Below the pieces are notes generated by a model. The model searched no databases and was not told the origin of the DNA. It saw only the letters and a program-made list of their open reading frames with translations. DNA of 63,862 bases, filler included, from Octopus bimaculoides (lineage: Eukaryota), in assembly GCF_001194135.2 (NCBI RefSeq). It is 8 parts of 8 records of this genome, joined end to end, with 100 filler letters (N's around TTAATTAATTAA, not from the genome) between each part and the next. Parts side by side here need not be neighbours in the genome. Positions count along the whole stretch, not along the records: positions 1 to 13,834 come from NC_068982.1; 7 more parts are not named here. One strand, 5' to 3'. A program made the translations under genes and the position numbers. Positions 1-11,989 of this stretch are shown in pieces. The number at the start of each line of letters is the position of its first letter. Within the stretch, counting starts at the first letter, position 1.

Positions 1-8
1 AGAAAAGA

Positions 9-525
9 ATGAATGAGCTACAAAAGCACATGGTGAACAATAATGAATCGGATATTTCTGTATTCGAAACTGAAAGCAGCGACGGCGACAGCGAGGATGA
101 GTTTACACCAGAATGGAGTAAAGATTTAAAAAATATTTTTATTAACAATTTTTCTGAGGAGACAGGGTCTACTCATAGTCTTTCTCAGGAAGCGAAACCT
201 TTAGACTTCTTTTTCTTATTTTTTCCAGCATGCTTGTTTGAAATGATTACTGCGGAAACAAACTGTTACGCAGAATGTAAACAAGCCGGAAAAAAAAGAT
301 AGCTTGTGGTTTCCTGAAACTGCAGATGAAATACGGGCAATTTTTGCCATATATATTATTATGGGTATTAGACAGTTACCCAGAATAACAAATTACTGGA
401 GTAATCAGGAACCTTTTGGCGATGAATATGTTTCCAGTATTATGACACAAGTACGATTTGTGAAGCTGAACCAATATTTACATGTAAGAGACACTAGCAG
501 TACCCCAGTACGTGGAGAACTTTGA
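9..525 (+). pseudogene. piggyBac-type (PGBD4-like, DDE_Tnp_1_7) transposase N-terminal remnant
   Basis: ORFs 9-302 and 304-525 read acidic ESSDGDSEDEF, then KPLDFFFLFF..MITAETNCYA, ..DEIRAIFAIYIIMGIRQLPRITNYWS..SIMTQVRFVKLNQYLHVRD, typical of piggyBac transposases. There is an in-frame stop near 300 and the frame breaks off at about 525. Confidence 0.8.
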
Positions 526-544
526 GACAAAAATTATGCAATAG

Positions 545-718
545 AATTGATTAAAAACCCTATCTTTAATTATGTTCCAAATATCACATTAATATGTTGA
601 TAAATAAAAAAGTTACAGGTGTTTAATGAGACTAGTCTAAATTCATGATTATTTTAGAATTTAATTGAAACTCATGAGGGGTGTATTTTAGTCAGAAATA
701 TAGTAACGAAAGGGTTAA
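545..718 (+). mobile_element. piggyBac right terminus with TTAA target site
   Basis: Ends AAATATAGTAACGAAAGGG (to 714) followed by TTAA (715-718); similar to 24944-25105. Confidence 0.7.
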
Positions 719-791
719 CCTAGCTATGATTGAACCTGCATTAGGAAGGGTAGAGTAAGAAATTCGGACTGTATGACAAGAAAAAATTCTA

Positions 792-1190
792 CTATATCTG
801 TGGGAAGAAGGGAAATTTTTTTGTAAAATATTCATAATTTTTTTGTAAATATTCGTGGATATTGCATAGTTGAAAGGGATATTTAAACCAGATAGAGTTT
901 TTATTTATTCTCTTAAATTTATTGTGTGAGTGAATATAGGGTATACCTTGATTACTATTATTTCCCAGAATAATATTATTATAATGATTGGTAGTTCTTT
1001 TTGTTGTGGAATACTTTTTATTTATGTCATTTGCTTCACCATTACTATTTATTAACACAGGTTTACCACTAGTGTTAGCATGTAGTCTACTATTAAAATG
1101 TACTTTCTTATTTTTCTTATTAGTTAAATTCTTAGGTGTATTTGGTCCATAATCACTACTAATTAAGTTATTAGGCTTGTTATAACATCT
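792..1190 (-). mobile_element. possible Penelope-like element RT/EN linker remnant
   Basis: Minus-strand KRINKNSIWFKYPFQ..KKFP resembles the RxRxIIWFNPPFS..HFP motif of Penelope-like ORFs; very decayed. Confidence 0.4.
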
Positions 1191-1194
1191 ATGA

Positions 1195-1520
1195 TTATTA
1201 TTATTATTATTATTATTATTTTATGTTTGACTTTTGCTTTGCATTTGTACAAGTTGGATCCAAGTCTCACCCAGAGACCTCAAGAGACAACAAGTTAGAA
1301 GTTCATGTAGGTGTTATGCCTAGGGTACCATATATTTGGATTTGTACATAGTGTTGTTCTAGAGAATGTTTAAGAAACCATAAGAAAATTATGTGTTAGT
1401 TTAAAAATTTGAGATCACATAGGCAGTATTTTACGTAGGATATGGGCAGTTCCCATGAGCATTATCTTTTGAACTTCAGCCATTTTGGGGTTTCCTGGTA
1501 TCTGAGCTAGGTAGTAATCA
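1195..1520 (-). mobile_element. R4/Dong-like RLE non-LTR retrotransposon 3' fragment ending in (AAT)n
   Basis: Minus strand YLAQIPGNPKMAEVQKIMLMGTAHILRKILPM* matches the C-terminus of restriction-like-endonuclease LINEs; followed by a 3' UTR and an (AAT)n run at about 1195-1220. Confidence 0.7.
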
Positions 1521-1619
1521 GGTTGATAGATAGATAGATATTGATATATATTTATTCACGCAGATACACATCAGTAGCAGTAGTGAAAATGACTTACTGT
1601 ATAGGTTTTCTTTTTCTTA

Positions 1620-3990
1620 CAAGTTACGTGGCAGGTTCTACCTGGTCAAAAACTGTGCTGGGTGTCAGTCATGAAGCCATTCTCTTCAAGGAATGCAATT
1701 AGTTTTCTGTGGACTATTCGTTCCATGACTTTGAGGTCAGAGAGTTAAGGCTGTAATTTTTAGCATCTGCTCTGCTCCTTCCTTTATGAATAGGGCATAT
1801 TATTCCCTCCTTCAATTTGCCTGGAGTTTACCACTTGCAAGGAAGCTCTGAAAAAGAAGCTGCAGTGGTTTTGCAAGGGCTCATTTGCACAATTTGAGAA
1901 GGATCACTGGGAATCCATTGAGGCCAGCTGCTGAGTTAGCATCTACATCATTACATCCTTTTCTTTGATGTTGATGTAATCAGTTGTTACTGTCAACTTT
2001 TTGGAAGAGTGGCCCTACCCTGCATCACACTTAGGTAGTTTCTTTGGCATACTTAAAGAAGGCTTTAGGGTTCGATGTTATATTTTCTAATACCTTAGCT
2101 CCTTTGTCTGCTATTTCTTTTTTGTGAAAATGTTTCTGATTTTTCTCAGTCTCTGGCAGTATTGTTTCCAGGCAAGATTTTTCACCACCATTGAGTTCTC
2201 TGTTGCAGTCTTTATGTGCTGTCTCATAAGAACTTTCCTCTCTTTAAGAATCTTGTTTTATGTGCAGTGGCCTTTCTTTCTGATATAATCTTGTAGCATA
2301 TGGCTTGCATTATATACATGTATTCTTTGAATTTCATGTCGATATCAGGTGTAGAGAGACATTGAATTCAATCCTCTGTTGATCTCTTTTTCAGCTGATT
2401 TCCAGTCTGGTCTTTGGAAGTTCAGATTGGATAGATTTCAAGTGCTTCTCATAGGCTGCATTTAGGCAAGTTCCTTTGCTCCATACATGGTCAGCTCCAT
2501 CATATTGTGATCCAAGACTAACATCAGTGTGTCTTTCACATTATGGATGAGATCCATATTGTTTGTGAATCAAAGATCAAGTATATTGTATGCCCTGATT
2601 GGTTGCAGTATTACTTGCTCCATGTATAACATGTTGGTGAAGTGGAGCAGGGATTCACCTGTCTTTGTTCTCATCGTGTCATTCCTGAGAGGAAAGGCCC
2701 TCAAACCATCCTACATTGGGCAAGTTGAAGTCTCTCTTGAGAGGTACGCTGATGTGTTGTTCTGGTTTGGTTAGGACTTCTATTTTTGCAAGGCAGTTTT
2801 CAAATAGGCTCATGTGATTTGGAGCATCTGATGGGCAATAAATAGCACATAGCTATATTGAATTGTCTTATATGTACAATTAATGTGTCACACACAGTTT
2901 GAAGCATGAGGTCTTTGCAGATGCACATTGTAACTCCACCATGACTCCTGTCTTTTCTATCATTTTGTAATATAACATACTTTGGTGCGTGTATTTTTGC
3001 ATGTATGATGTCAGGTTTTAGGTGCGTTTCAGTGAGTGCTATGCATAAGGCTTGATTGCATGCTACAAGGTTTCTCAGGGAAGGAATTTTGGTTCTGTTA
3101 CTGAGTTGTAACAGTCCTCTAATGTTTAGAAAGAACACTGATGTGACATCTGTGCTGATGGATCCATTGGCTGTGGCAGTCTTGTATGTTGGTGGGGATG
3201 GCCCTGACCCTGAAACTGATGTAACCAAGTCAGTTGTTGTACAATCTTTTGAGCCATGCCTAAAAAAAGATTGTTGCTCAGCTGCAGCCTTTATGATGAC
3301 ATTTGGGTAGGGCCAGCTGTTGGAAGTAGTGTGCACTACATCATCATATTTTCATTTGATACAGGTAATTTTCCTTTGGGAGTCTTTATTTGCTGGTCCC
3401 ATTTCTATTGTTCAGGGTATCTTTTTTCTCAGTGTTTATTTTCTTTTTAACTATTTGTACTTTTGGGTATGGGCTGTCTAACTTACTTCTTTCTTTGGTT
3501 GCTCTTCTTGGGTTTTTTTTTCTTTTCATTTGTGTCATCATCAGAAGCTTTTGTTGTCCTTTTTTCATTTACTTTTCCTTTTGCCTTTTTTTAGCCCTTT
3601 CATCTCTTTAGTTGTTCACATTGGTGGTGGTTGGGCCATTTGTGCTGGTGTCTCTTTCTTTGGCAAGTCTTTCACTCATGATTTCATCTGTGTTCGCTTG
3701 TGAGTTAGTAGAACCAGGGAAATATTTGTCACACCAGTGTCTCCACCTTTGTCATCTTTTTTCTATTTGTGTTCAAAGATGGAGCCATGGATCCTATTGT
3801 GAGGTCTGATGAGAGCATAGGAATGGATGAATTCTTGTTTCTTCCACTCTATCTGAGCAGTAATCCTTGTGTAGCCGTTGCTCAGTAATACTGCCATTAT
3901 TATATTATTTGGATTGTCTCCTGATATTTGCCAGCCTCTTAAACATAATTTCAGTTCTGTGGTCCTTCAGTTTCAAAACATCTTTAGTAT
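1620..3990 (-). mobile_element. degenerate CR1-group LINE: upstream region, APE endonuclease and RT N-terminus
   Basis: FFLNIRGL..IALTETHL..NDRKDRSHGGV (ORF 2800-3336); NILDL*FTNNMDLIHNV..DHNMMELTM (about 2500-2590); SAAGLNGFPVILLKLCK*ALAKPLQLLFQSFLASGKL (about 1830-1940); many stops and frameshifts. Confidence 0.85.
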
Positions 3991-4169
3991 GATTCTCTGC
4001 CATTTCCTACTATATATATTTTGTGAAGAGATAAAGAGATAGAAAGAAACAAAGATGTATGTTCATATTGATCTGTGAGTGGGCATACCTACACAAACAT
4101 AAGGAGGTGGGATAAACATACATATATATGTATGTGGGTATATATAGTTATCTGTATATATATATATAT

Positions 4170-4604
4170 TGTTACGATCAGACAAATTAATAATGTAAGA
4201 AAAAGGGGTAAACTTCTGATCGCAACAACAAAGTGTTCAAACAGGGAAGTAAATGTTCATATATGGAGATTATGTCCAGTCTCAATGGTTTCAATGTAGA
4301 TAATGAACGGTCCGACTCGTATGCAGTTCTGCCTCTCGTTCTGGTTCTATTTGCGCCAAGCTCCAGCTGTCTTCCCCACTCCCCTTTTTAACAGGAAGTA
4401 CGAGATTACCTGCCTTGCTCGTTAACAGGAAGTGAACGAGGTTACCTGTCTCGTACTATGCTAACTTCCTGTATATATATTTGGTTATTCATACCGACGT
4501 TATTTCACTTTTGCCAAACAGTTGTTGACAAATATTTATCTCGCCACCTTCGGAAAATACAGGGTAAGTTCTTACCCTTCATTATCTTATTGGTATACAT
4601 AACA
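4170..4604. mobile_element. probable solo LTR (435 bp)
   Basis: Starts TGTTA, ends TAACA, flanked by ATAT on both sides (4166-4169, 4605-4608) within (TA)n; no internal coding sequence. Confidence 0.6.
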
Positions 4605-4611
4605 ATATATA

Positions 4612-4898
4612 TATCATCATCATCATCATCATCATTGTTTAACTTCCACCTTCCATGCTAGCATGGGTTGGACGATTTGACTGAGGACTGGTGAAACCGG
4701 ATGGCAACACCAGGCTCCAATTTAATTTGGCAGAGTTTCTACAGCTGGATGCCCTTCCTAACGCCAATCACTCAGAGAGTGTAGTGGGTGCTTTTACGTG
4801 TCACCCGCACGAAAACGGCCACGCTCGAAATGGTGTCTTTTATGTGCCACCCGTACAAGAGCCAGTCCAGGGGCACCGGCAACGATCTCGCTCGAAAA
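4612..4898 (-). mobile_element. RTE LINE 3' UTR fragment with (ATG)n tail
   Basis: Matches the 3' end of the RTE at 6002-6170 and the reverse complement of 13540-13720; truncated by an N-gap. Confidence 0.8.
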
Positions 4899-5871
4899 NN
4901 NNNNNNNNNNNNNNNNNNNNNNNNNNNNNNNNNNNNNNNNNNNNNNNNNNNNNNNNNNNNNNNNNNNNNNNNNNNNNNNNNNNNNNNNNNNNNNNNNNNN
5001 NNNNNNNNNNNNNNNNNNNNNNNNNNNNNNNNNNNNNNNNNNNNNNNNNNNNNNNNNNNNNNNNNNNNNNNNNNNNNNNNNNNNNNNNNNNNNNNNNNNN
5101 NNNNNNNNNNNNNNNNNNNNNNNNNNNNNNNNNNNNNNNNNNNNNNNNNNNNNNNNNNNNNNNNNNNNNNNNNNNNNNNNNNNNNNNNNNNNNNNNNNNN
5201 NNNNNNNNNNNNNNNNNNNNNNNNNNNNNNNNNNNNNNNNNNNNNNNNNNNNNNNNNNNNNNNNNNNNNNNNNNNNNNNNNNNNNNNNNNNNNNNNNNNN
5301 NNNNNNNNNNNNNNNNNNNNNNNNNNNNNNNNNNNNNNNNNNNNNNNNNNNNNNNNNNNNNNNNNNNNNNNNNNNNNNNNNNNNNNNNNNNNNNNNNNNN
5401 NNNNNNNNNNNNNNNNNNNNNNNNNNNNNNNNNNNNNNNNNNNNNNNNNNNNNNNNNNNNNNNNNNNNNNNNNNNNNNNNNNNNNNNNNNNNNNNNNNNN
5501 NNNNNNNNNNNNNNNNNNNNNNNNNNNNNNNNNNNNNNNNNNNNNNNNNNNNNNNNNNNNNNNNNNNNNNNNNNNNNNNNNNNNNNNNNNNNNNNNNNNN
5601 NNNNNNNNNNNNNNNNNNNNNNNNNNNNNNNNNNNNNNNNNNNNNNNNNNNNNNNNNNNNNNNNNNNNNNNNNNNNNNNNNNNNNNNNNNNNNNNNNNNN
5701 NNNNNNNNNNNNNNNNNNNNNNNNNNNNNNNNNNNNNNNNNNNNNNNNNNNNNNNNNNNNNNNNNNNNNNNNNNNNNNNNNNNNNNNNNNNNNNNNNNNN
5801 NNNNNNNNNNNNNNNNNNNNNNNNNNNNNNNNNNNNNNNNNNNNNNNNNNNNNNNNNNNNNNNNNNNNNNN

Positions 5872-5906
<35 letters not shown>

Positions 5907-6001
5907 CATACATATATATGTATATATACATCTCTGTATATGTACATATATACACACACACATATACATGTGTGTGTGTATATACACACACACACACACA
6001 T

Positions 6002-8965
6002 ACATCATCATCATTTAACGTCCACTTTCCATGCTGGCATAGGTTGGATATTTTGACTGAGGACTGGTGAGCCAGAGGCTGCACCAGGTTCAATCTGGTC
6101 TGGCAACTTTCTACAACTAGATGCCTTTCCTAACACCAACCACTCCAAGAGTATAGTGGGTGCTTTTTATATGCCACCGGCATGAGTGCCAGTCAGGCGG
6201 ATCCTGGCAACGACCACGCTCACACTCATATGTTGTTTTTCATGTGCCACCGGCACATGTGCCGGTAAGGCGATGCTGGCAATGATCATACTCGAATGGT
6301 GCTTTTCACGTGTCACCAGCACGGGAACCAATCCGTGGCCCTGGCAACAATCACGCTTGGATGTGCTTTTAATGTTCCACTGGCATGAGTGCCAATCAGG
6401 CGGTACTGTTGTCAGCCACGTCAGCAATTTTGATTTTGATTTCACTTACCTCAATAGGTCTTGACAAGCAAGGTTTATTGTCCAATGAATGAGGGGTATT
6501 CATAAATGGGCTGGTTACACCCACTGGCATAGGCCATGGGCTATGGTCTCACTTGGCATGTCGGGTCTTCGCAAGCACAGCATATCTCCAAAGGTTCTGG
6601 TCACTAGTCATTGCCTCGGTAAGACCCAATGTATGAAGGTCATGCTTCACCACCTCACCCAGGTTTTCTTGGGTCTACCTCTTCCACAGGTACCCTCAAC
6701 TGCTAGAGGGTGACACTTTTTCACACAGCTGTCCTCATTCATTTCCAATACTTGACCATACCAACGCAATCGTCTCCCTTGCACACCACACCTGATGCTT
6801 CTTAAATCCAGCTTTTCTCTCTGGGTGCTTACACTCTGTCGTGTGTGTACACTAACATTACAAATCCAGCGGAGCATACTGGCTTCATACCTTGCAAGCC
6901 TACGCATGTCCTCAGCAGTCACGACCAATGTTTCACCGCCACGTAGCATGGCTGTTCATATACATGCGTCATACAGTCTGCCTTTTACTCTGAGCAAGAG
7001 GCCATTTGTCACAAGCAGAGGTAAGAGCTCTCTGAACATCACCCAGGCTATTCTTATTCTAGCAGCTACACTTTCAGCACACCCTCCCCAGCTACTGACT
7101 TGGTCGGCTAGGTAACGGAAGCTATCAACTACTTATAGTTTTTCTCCCTGGAATGTGGCAGAAATTGTTCTCTGCACATTTTCAATGTTTATTGAATCTG
7201 AGCATCTGCCACATACAAAAACTATCTTCCTAGTTAGCCTTCCTTTGATATTGCTGCACCTCTTACGTGTCCATAGCTTGCACTGGGTACATCTTATAGA
7301 GTTTCTACCTATGCCTTTTCTACAGATCGAGCAGGGCTATCTACCTGAAGGGGTTTGTGATTTGTCTACTTTCCTACTTATTAGAACTTTGGTTTTAGCT
7401 AGGTTGACTCTTAGGCCCTTCGATTCTAATCCTTGCTTCCACACCTGAAATTTTTCCTCTAGTTCTGATAGTGACTCTGCAATTAGAGCAAGGTCATCAG
7501 CATAGAGGAGCTCCCAGGGTCATCTTGTCTTGAATTCCTCTGTTATTGCCTGGATGTCTATGATGAATAATAGGGGGCTGAGGACAGATCCTTGGTTGAC
7601 CCCTACACCAACTCAGAATTCTTCACTGTACTCATTGCCAACCCTCACCTTACTGACAGCATCCCTGTTCATGGCTTGCACAGCTCTCACTAACCATTCA
7701 TCTATCCCTAGTTTCCTCATTGACACTAGATAAGGGATCGGGGGACCCTGTCAAAGTCTTTCTCCATGTCAACAAAAGCCAGGTACAGAGGTTTATCTTT
7801 GGCTAGGTATTTCTCCTGCAGCTGTCTTACCAGAAATTTAGCATCAGTGGTGCGTTTCGTTGGCATGAAACCAAACTGCATTTCATCTAAACTGACTCTC
7901 TCCCTAATTAGTTAGGCTATGACCCTCTTGGTGACCTTCATTACCGGATCCAACAACTTGATACCTTTGTAATTATTTGTATCTAAAGCGTCACCTTTAC
8001 CTTTGTAGCAGTTGACTATGGTGCTGCTACACCAGTCATTGGGTATGAGTCCTTCATGTATCACCTGGTTAACTATATTGGTGACTAGGTTATAGCCAAC
8101 ACACCGCCAGATATTTTAAGCATCTCTGCAGTGATTCCTGATGGCCCAGGAGCTTTCCCTGACTTCATACTCTTAATTGCTTTACCAAGGTACTGTCAAC
8201 TTAGATAGCTGGCCCCTCTGTTGGGTCGACATCAAGCAGACTCTCTTTCTCCCATTCATTCTCTTTATTGAGCAACCTTTCATAGTGGCATCTCCAAACC
8301 TCTCTCTTTCCAGCCTCGTTTAGAGCAAGTGAACCATCATCCATGCAGACACATTTCTCTCCTACGACATCACAATTCTCTCTCACACACTGTCTTGCAA
8401 CATGAAATACTTCAAGTCTTTGGTCCTTATGGCACAGAACATTGGCAAATTTTTTCTTTTCTGCTTCCGTTCTGGCTATATAAACCTGTCTCGAAGCTTC
8501 CCTTCTGGCAGTCTGATACAATTCCCTGCTACCACCGTTCTTCCAGTCTTCCCAAGCCTGTTTCTTTTGTCTAATAGCCCTGTCAACCACATTGTTCCAC
8601 CACCATGTTATCTTGGGTTGAGAGAGGACTTTGTACCATCCATAGATTTGGTCAGTGGCTCTCAGCAGGTTGTCCCGTCGAAACCTCCAGTTGTCTTCCA
8701 TGTTGTATGATGCTATATCCCCTTCTATTTCGTCGAAGACTTCGAGTAATACCTCTCTAAATCTCTGTCCATTTGCAGGATCTTTAAGCTTCCAGACCCT
8801 TCTCCTCCAAGCTGGTCTTCTTCTGGGCATCCATTTAGCCCTGATCCTGAAGTCGCTAACTATTAATTTATGTTGAGGGGTACATTCTTCGCCTGGAAAG
8901 TTTTGTCATTTATAAGCAGCCCTCTTTCTTTTTTTCTGGCGAGGATGTAGTCAATTTGGCTAGTG
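6002..8965 (-). mobile_element. RTE-clade LINE, 5'-truncated and degenerate (APE C-terminus, RT, 3' UTR, (ATG)n tail)
   Basis: QIDYIL (about 8950); WRRRVWKLKDP..WWWNNVVDRAI (8201-8830); QFGFMP..FVDMEK..RVP (about 7740-7890); YADDLALI (about 7490); EASMLRWIC..RRLRWYG..RGRPKKTW (6647-6949). Confidence 0.92.
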
Positions 8966-9211
8966 TGTCTGGATTTTGGTTTTAGCTAGGTTGACTCTAA
9001 GGCCCTTCGATTCTAGTCCTTGCTTCCACACCTGAAACTTCTCCTCTAGTTCTGATAGTGACTCCTCAATTAGTGCAAGGTCATCAGCGTAGAGGAGCTC
9101 CCAGGGGCAACCTGTCTTGAATTCCTCTGTGATTGCCTGAAGGACTATGATAAATAGGAGGGGGCTGAGGACGGAACCTTGGTGGACCCCTACCTCTACC
9201 CAGAATTCATT
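8966..9211 (-). mobile_element. second RTE RT fragment (GVHQGSVLSPLLF..YADDLALI..NLAKTK)
   Basis: Diverged paralogue of about 7355-7620, joined directly to the APE C-terminal segment of the neighbouring copy. Confidence 0.85.
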
Positions 9212-9971
9212 NNNNNNNNNNNNNNNNNNNNNNNNNNNNNNNNNNNNNNNNNNNNNNNNNNNNNNNNNNNNNNNNNNNNNNNNNNNNNNNNNNNNNNNNN
9301 NNNNNNNNNNNNNNNNNNNNNNNNNNNNNNNNNNNNNNNNNNNNNNNNNNNNNNNNNNNNNNNNNNNNNNNNNNNNNNNNNNNNNNNNNNNNNNNNNNNN
9401 NNNNNNNNNNNNNNNNNNNNNNNNNNNNNNNNNNNNNNNNNNNNNNNNNNNNNNNNNNNNNNNNNNNNNNNNNNNNNNNNNNNNNNNNNNNNNNNNNNNN
9501 NNNNNNNNNNNNNNNNNNNNNNNNNNNNNNNNNNNNNNNNNNNNNNNNNNNNNNNNNNNNNNNNNNNNNNNNNNNNNNNNNNNNNNNNNNNNNNNNNNNN
9601 NNNNNNNNNNNNNNNNNNNNNNNNNNNNNNNNNNNNNNNNNNNNNNNNNNNNNNNNNNNNNNNNNNNNNNNNNNNNNNNNNNNNNNNNNNNNNNNNNNNN
9701 NNNNNNNNNNNNNNNNNNNNNNNNNNNNNNNNNNNNNNNNNNNNNNNNNNNNNNNNNNNNNNNNNNNNNNNNNNNNNNNNNNNNNNNNNNNNNNNNNNNN
9801 NNNNNNNNNNNNNNNNNNNNNNNNNNNNNNNNNNNNNNNNNNNNNNNNNNNNNNNNNNNNNNNNNNNNNNNNNNNNNNNNNNNNNNNNNNNNNNNNNNNN
9901 NNNNNNNNNNNNNNNNNNNNNNNNNNNNNNNTATATATATATATATATATATATATATGTAATATGTATAT

Positions 9972-10200
9972 ACATTTATTCTTTTACTTGTTTCAGTCAT
10001 TTGACCGCAGCCATACTGGAGCACCACCTTTAATTGAACAAATCGACCCAAGGACTAATTCTTTGTAAGCTTAGTATTTAATCTATTGGTCTCTTTTGCC
10101 GAACCGCTAAGTTGTGGGGACATAAACTCACCAACATCAGTTGTCAAATGCTGGTGGGAGGACAAACAGAGACACATACATACACACATACATACATACA
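9972..10200 (-). mobile_element. SINE family A (tRNA head, CORE-like centre), 3' half
   Basis: Reverse complement of the TAACTTAGCGGTTCGGCAAAAG..GGCGGTGCTCCAGCATGGCCGCAGTCAAATGACTGAAAC segment seen in many copies in this window. Confidence 0.85.
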
Positions 10201-10209
10201 TATGTAATG

Positions 10210-11126
10210 TAAGTTTCCAAACCCTTCTCCTCCAAGTCGGTCTACTTCTGGGTATCCTTTTTGCCTTGATCCCGAAGTCGCTAACTACTAATCTGTGTTG
10301 AGTGGTACATTCTTCGCCAGGGAAGGTTTTGGCATTTATAAGCTGCCCTCTTTCCTTATTTCTGGTGAGGATGTAGTCGATTTGGCTAGAGTGTTTGCCG
10401 GAGTGGTAGGTGACAAGCAGGTTTCTTGAAGTTGGTATTGCAAACCATAAGATCGTTTGCATCACAAAACTCCAGCAATCTGGTTCCCTCCTCATTGCGG
10501 GAAGCGAAGCCATAGCCTCCATGAATGCCATGGAAGCCCCCTGCATGACCTCCAACATGACCATTGAAATCACCAGCCACAAAGAGAAGGTCCCTGTCAT
10601 TCGTCAATGAGGTAGTTTGCAGGAGGGTGTCGTAGAATTGGTCTTTCTGCCCATCTGGTAGCCCCGGTTGAGGGGCATAGGCCGAGATGACGGTAGCTAA
10701 CCTATGATGAAGCACTAGCCTAATCTTAAGTACTCTGTCACATATTCTGACTACCTCGATTACCTTATCAATCCATTTCTCTGCTAGGAGTATTCCCATG
10801 CCCCCGACCCCATCAGTGTTCCCTGCCCAGAAAATCTTGTACCTGTGTTCTTTGCTTGTGAGGAACCTTGCGGAACCTCCTCTCCATCTAACTTCTTGGA
10901 TGCAGCACAAATCCACGCGTCTCCATTCAAGCATCTCAACAATCTCACCAGACCTACCTTTCAGCATGCCGATGTTGAGAGTGCCAATTCTGACGGTGTG
11001 GGAGGAGTGGGTGTCAGAGAAGTGGGCCTGTGTGACCCTGGGATGGAGGAAAGCGGTGTCGTGTACCTGAAAAGAAAGCTTGCATTTGGCAGAATTCATA
11101 AACAAAACAATACCTACAACCTGCAT
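10210..11126 (-). mobile_element. RTE-clade LINE APE endonuclease region
   Basis: RIGTLNIG..VDLCCIQEVRW..VISAYAPQ..AGDFNGHVG..RNEEGTRLLEFCDANDLMVCNTNFKK, then SQIDYIL..TTQHRLVVSDF after a frameshift. Confidence 0.92.
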
Positions 11127-11989
11127 ATACTACACAATCTTTATGTGCTATAAGGTCGATAAGAGGGGAGGGGTGGTAGAAGGCTTCTAGGAGTGTTCGC
11201 AGGAGACAGCCAAGGATGGTAGACGATATAAACTTCCGGTACTGGTGGAGGGGGAGGGCGGTCATACCGCGAGCCAAGAGAGCCTCGTAGTTCTGTCAGC
11301 AGAGAGATTCGAAGACGATTAGGATGAAGTTGGAAATTGAACTGGTTATATAGAGTTAGGGTCACATACGAGTCGAAGAGGGAGAGAGAGAAGTAGTGAT
11401 GCAGAGAGAGAGGGGGAGAGACAGAAATAGTGGTGCAGAGAGAGAGAGAGGTACAGGCAACAGTACATCACGCTGGTTAAATTCCTTGGGTTTTTAGAAC
11501 AAAGTTGAAAGAGACAGCAGTGTATAAATCGTGAGATTAAATGCTTAAATCGGTAACATAATTGAATGAGAATTAAATCGTAATTTTTAAAGGGGGGAGA
11601 GACAAAATTTTAGACAGGTTTGGGCTTAGAGGAGCATAACTTGAATAAAGTAAAGAAAAAGCAATAACTTGAATAAAGTAAAGAAAAAAATACATAAATT
11701 AGCATGAATTTAAGACAAAACAGAGATCGAGTGATGTTTACATGGAAAGAAATATAAAGATAATAGAGAACAGACGGTGGCGGGGAGCGCAAAAAGATGG
11801 TTACCTGGGTGGCAAAAATCACAAAAACTGGGATATCATACTCGGTTAATAGGTAGAAATATCAAGTTAAAATGATGTATTTTGAGTAGATATGAAGAAT
11901 AATAATAAATGGAGCAAAACACATATAGTCAATAGGTTCCTTTAATTCCTACATATGTTTCAAAATATATGTGCAGTCTACTTCAAAGA

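Noticed and set aside
6170-6430. Short dispersed repeats (GCCACCGGCA, GGCAACGA.CACGCT) with spacer-like intervals
   Set aside because: Part of the RTE 3' UTR (also at 4800-4898); irregular and degenerate, not a CRISPR-like array.
11130-11400. Search for an HDV-like ribozyme at the RTE 5' region
   Set aside because: Only a short CGGT-ATG-ACCG hairpin was seen; I could not build the nested double pseudoknot by eye.
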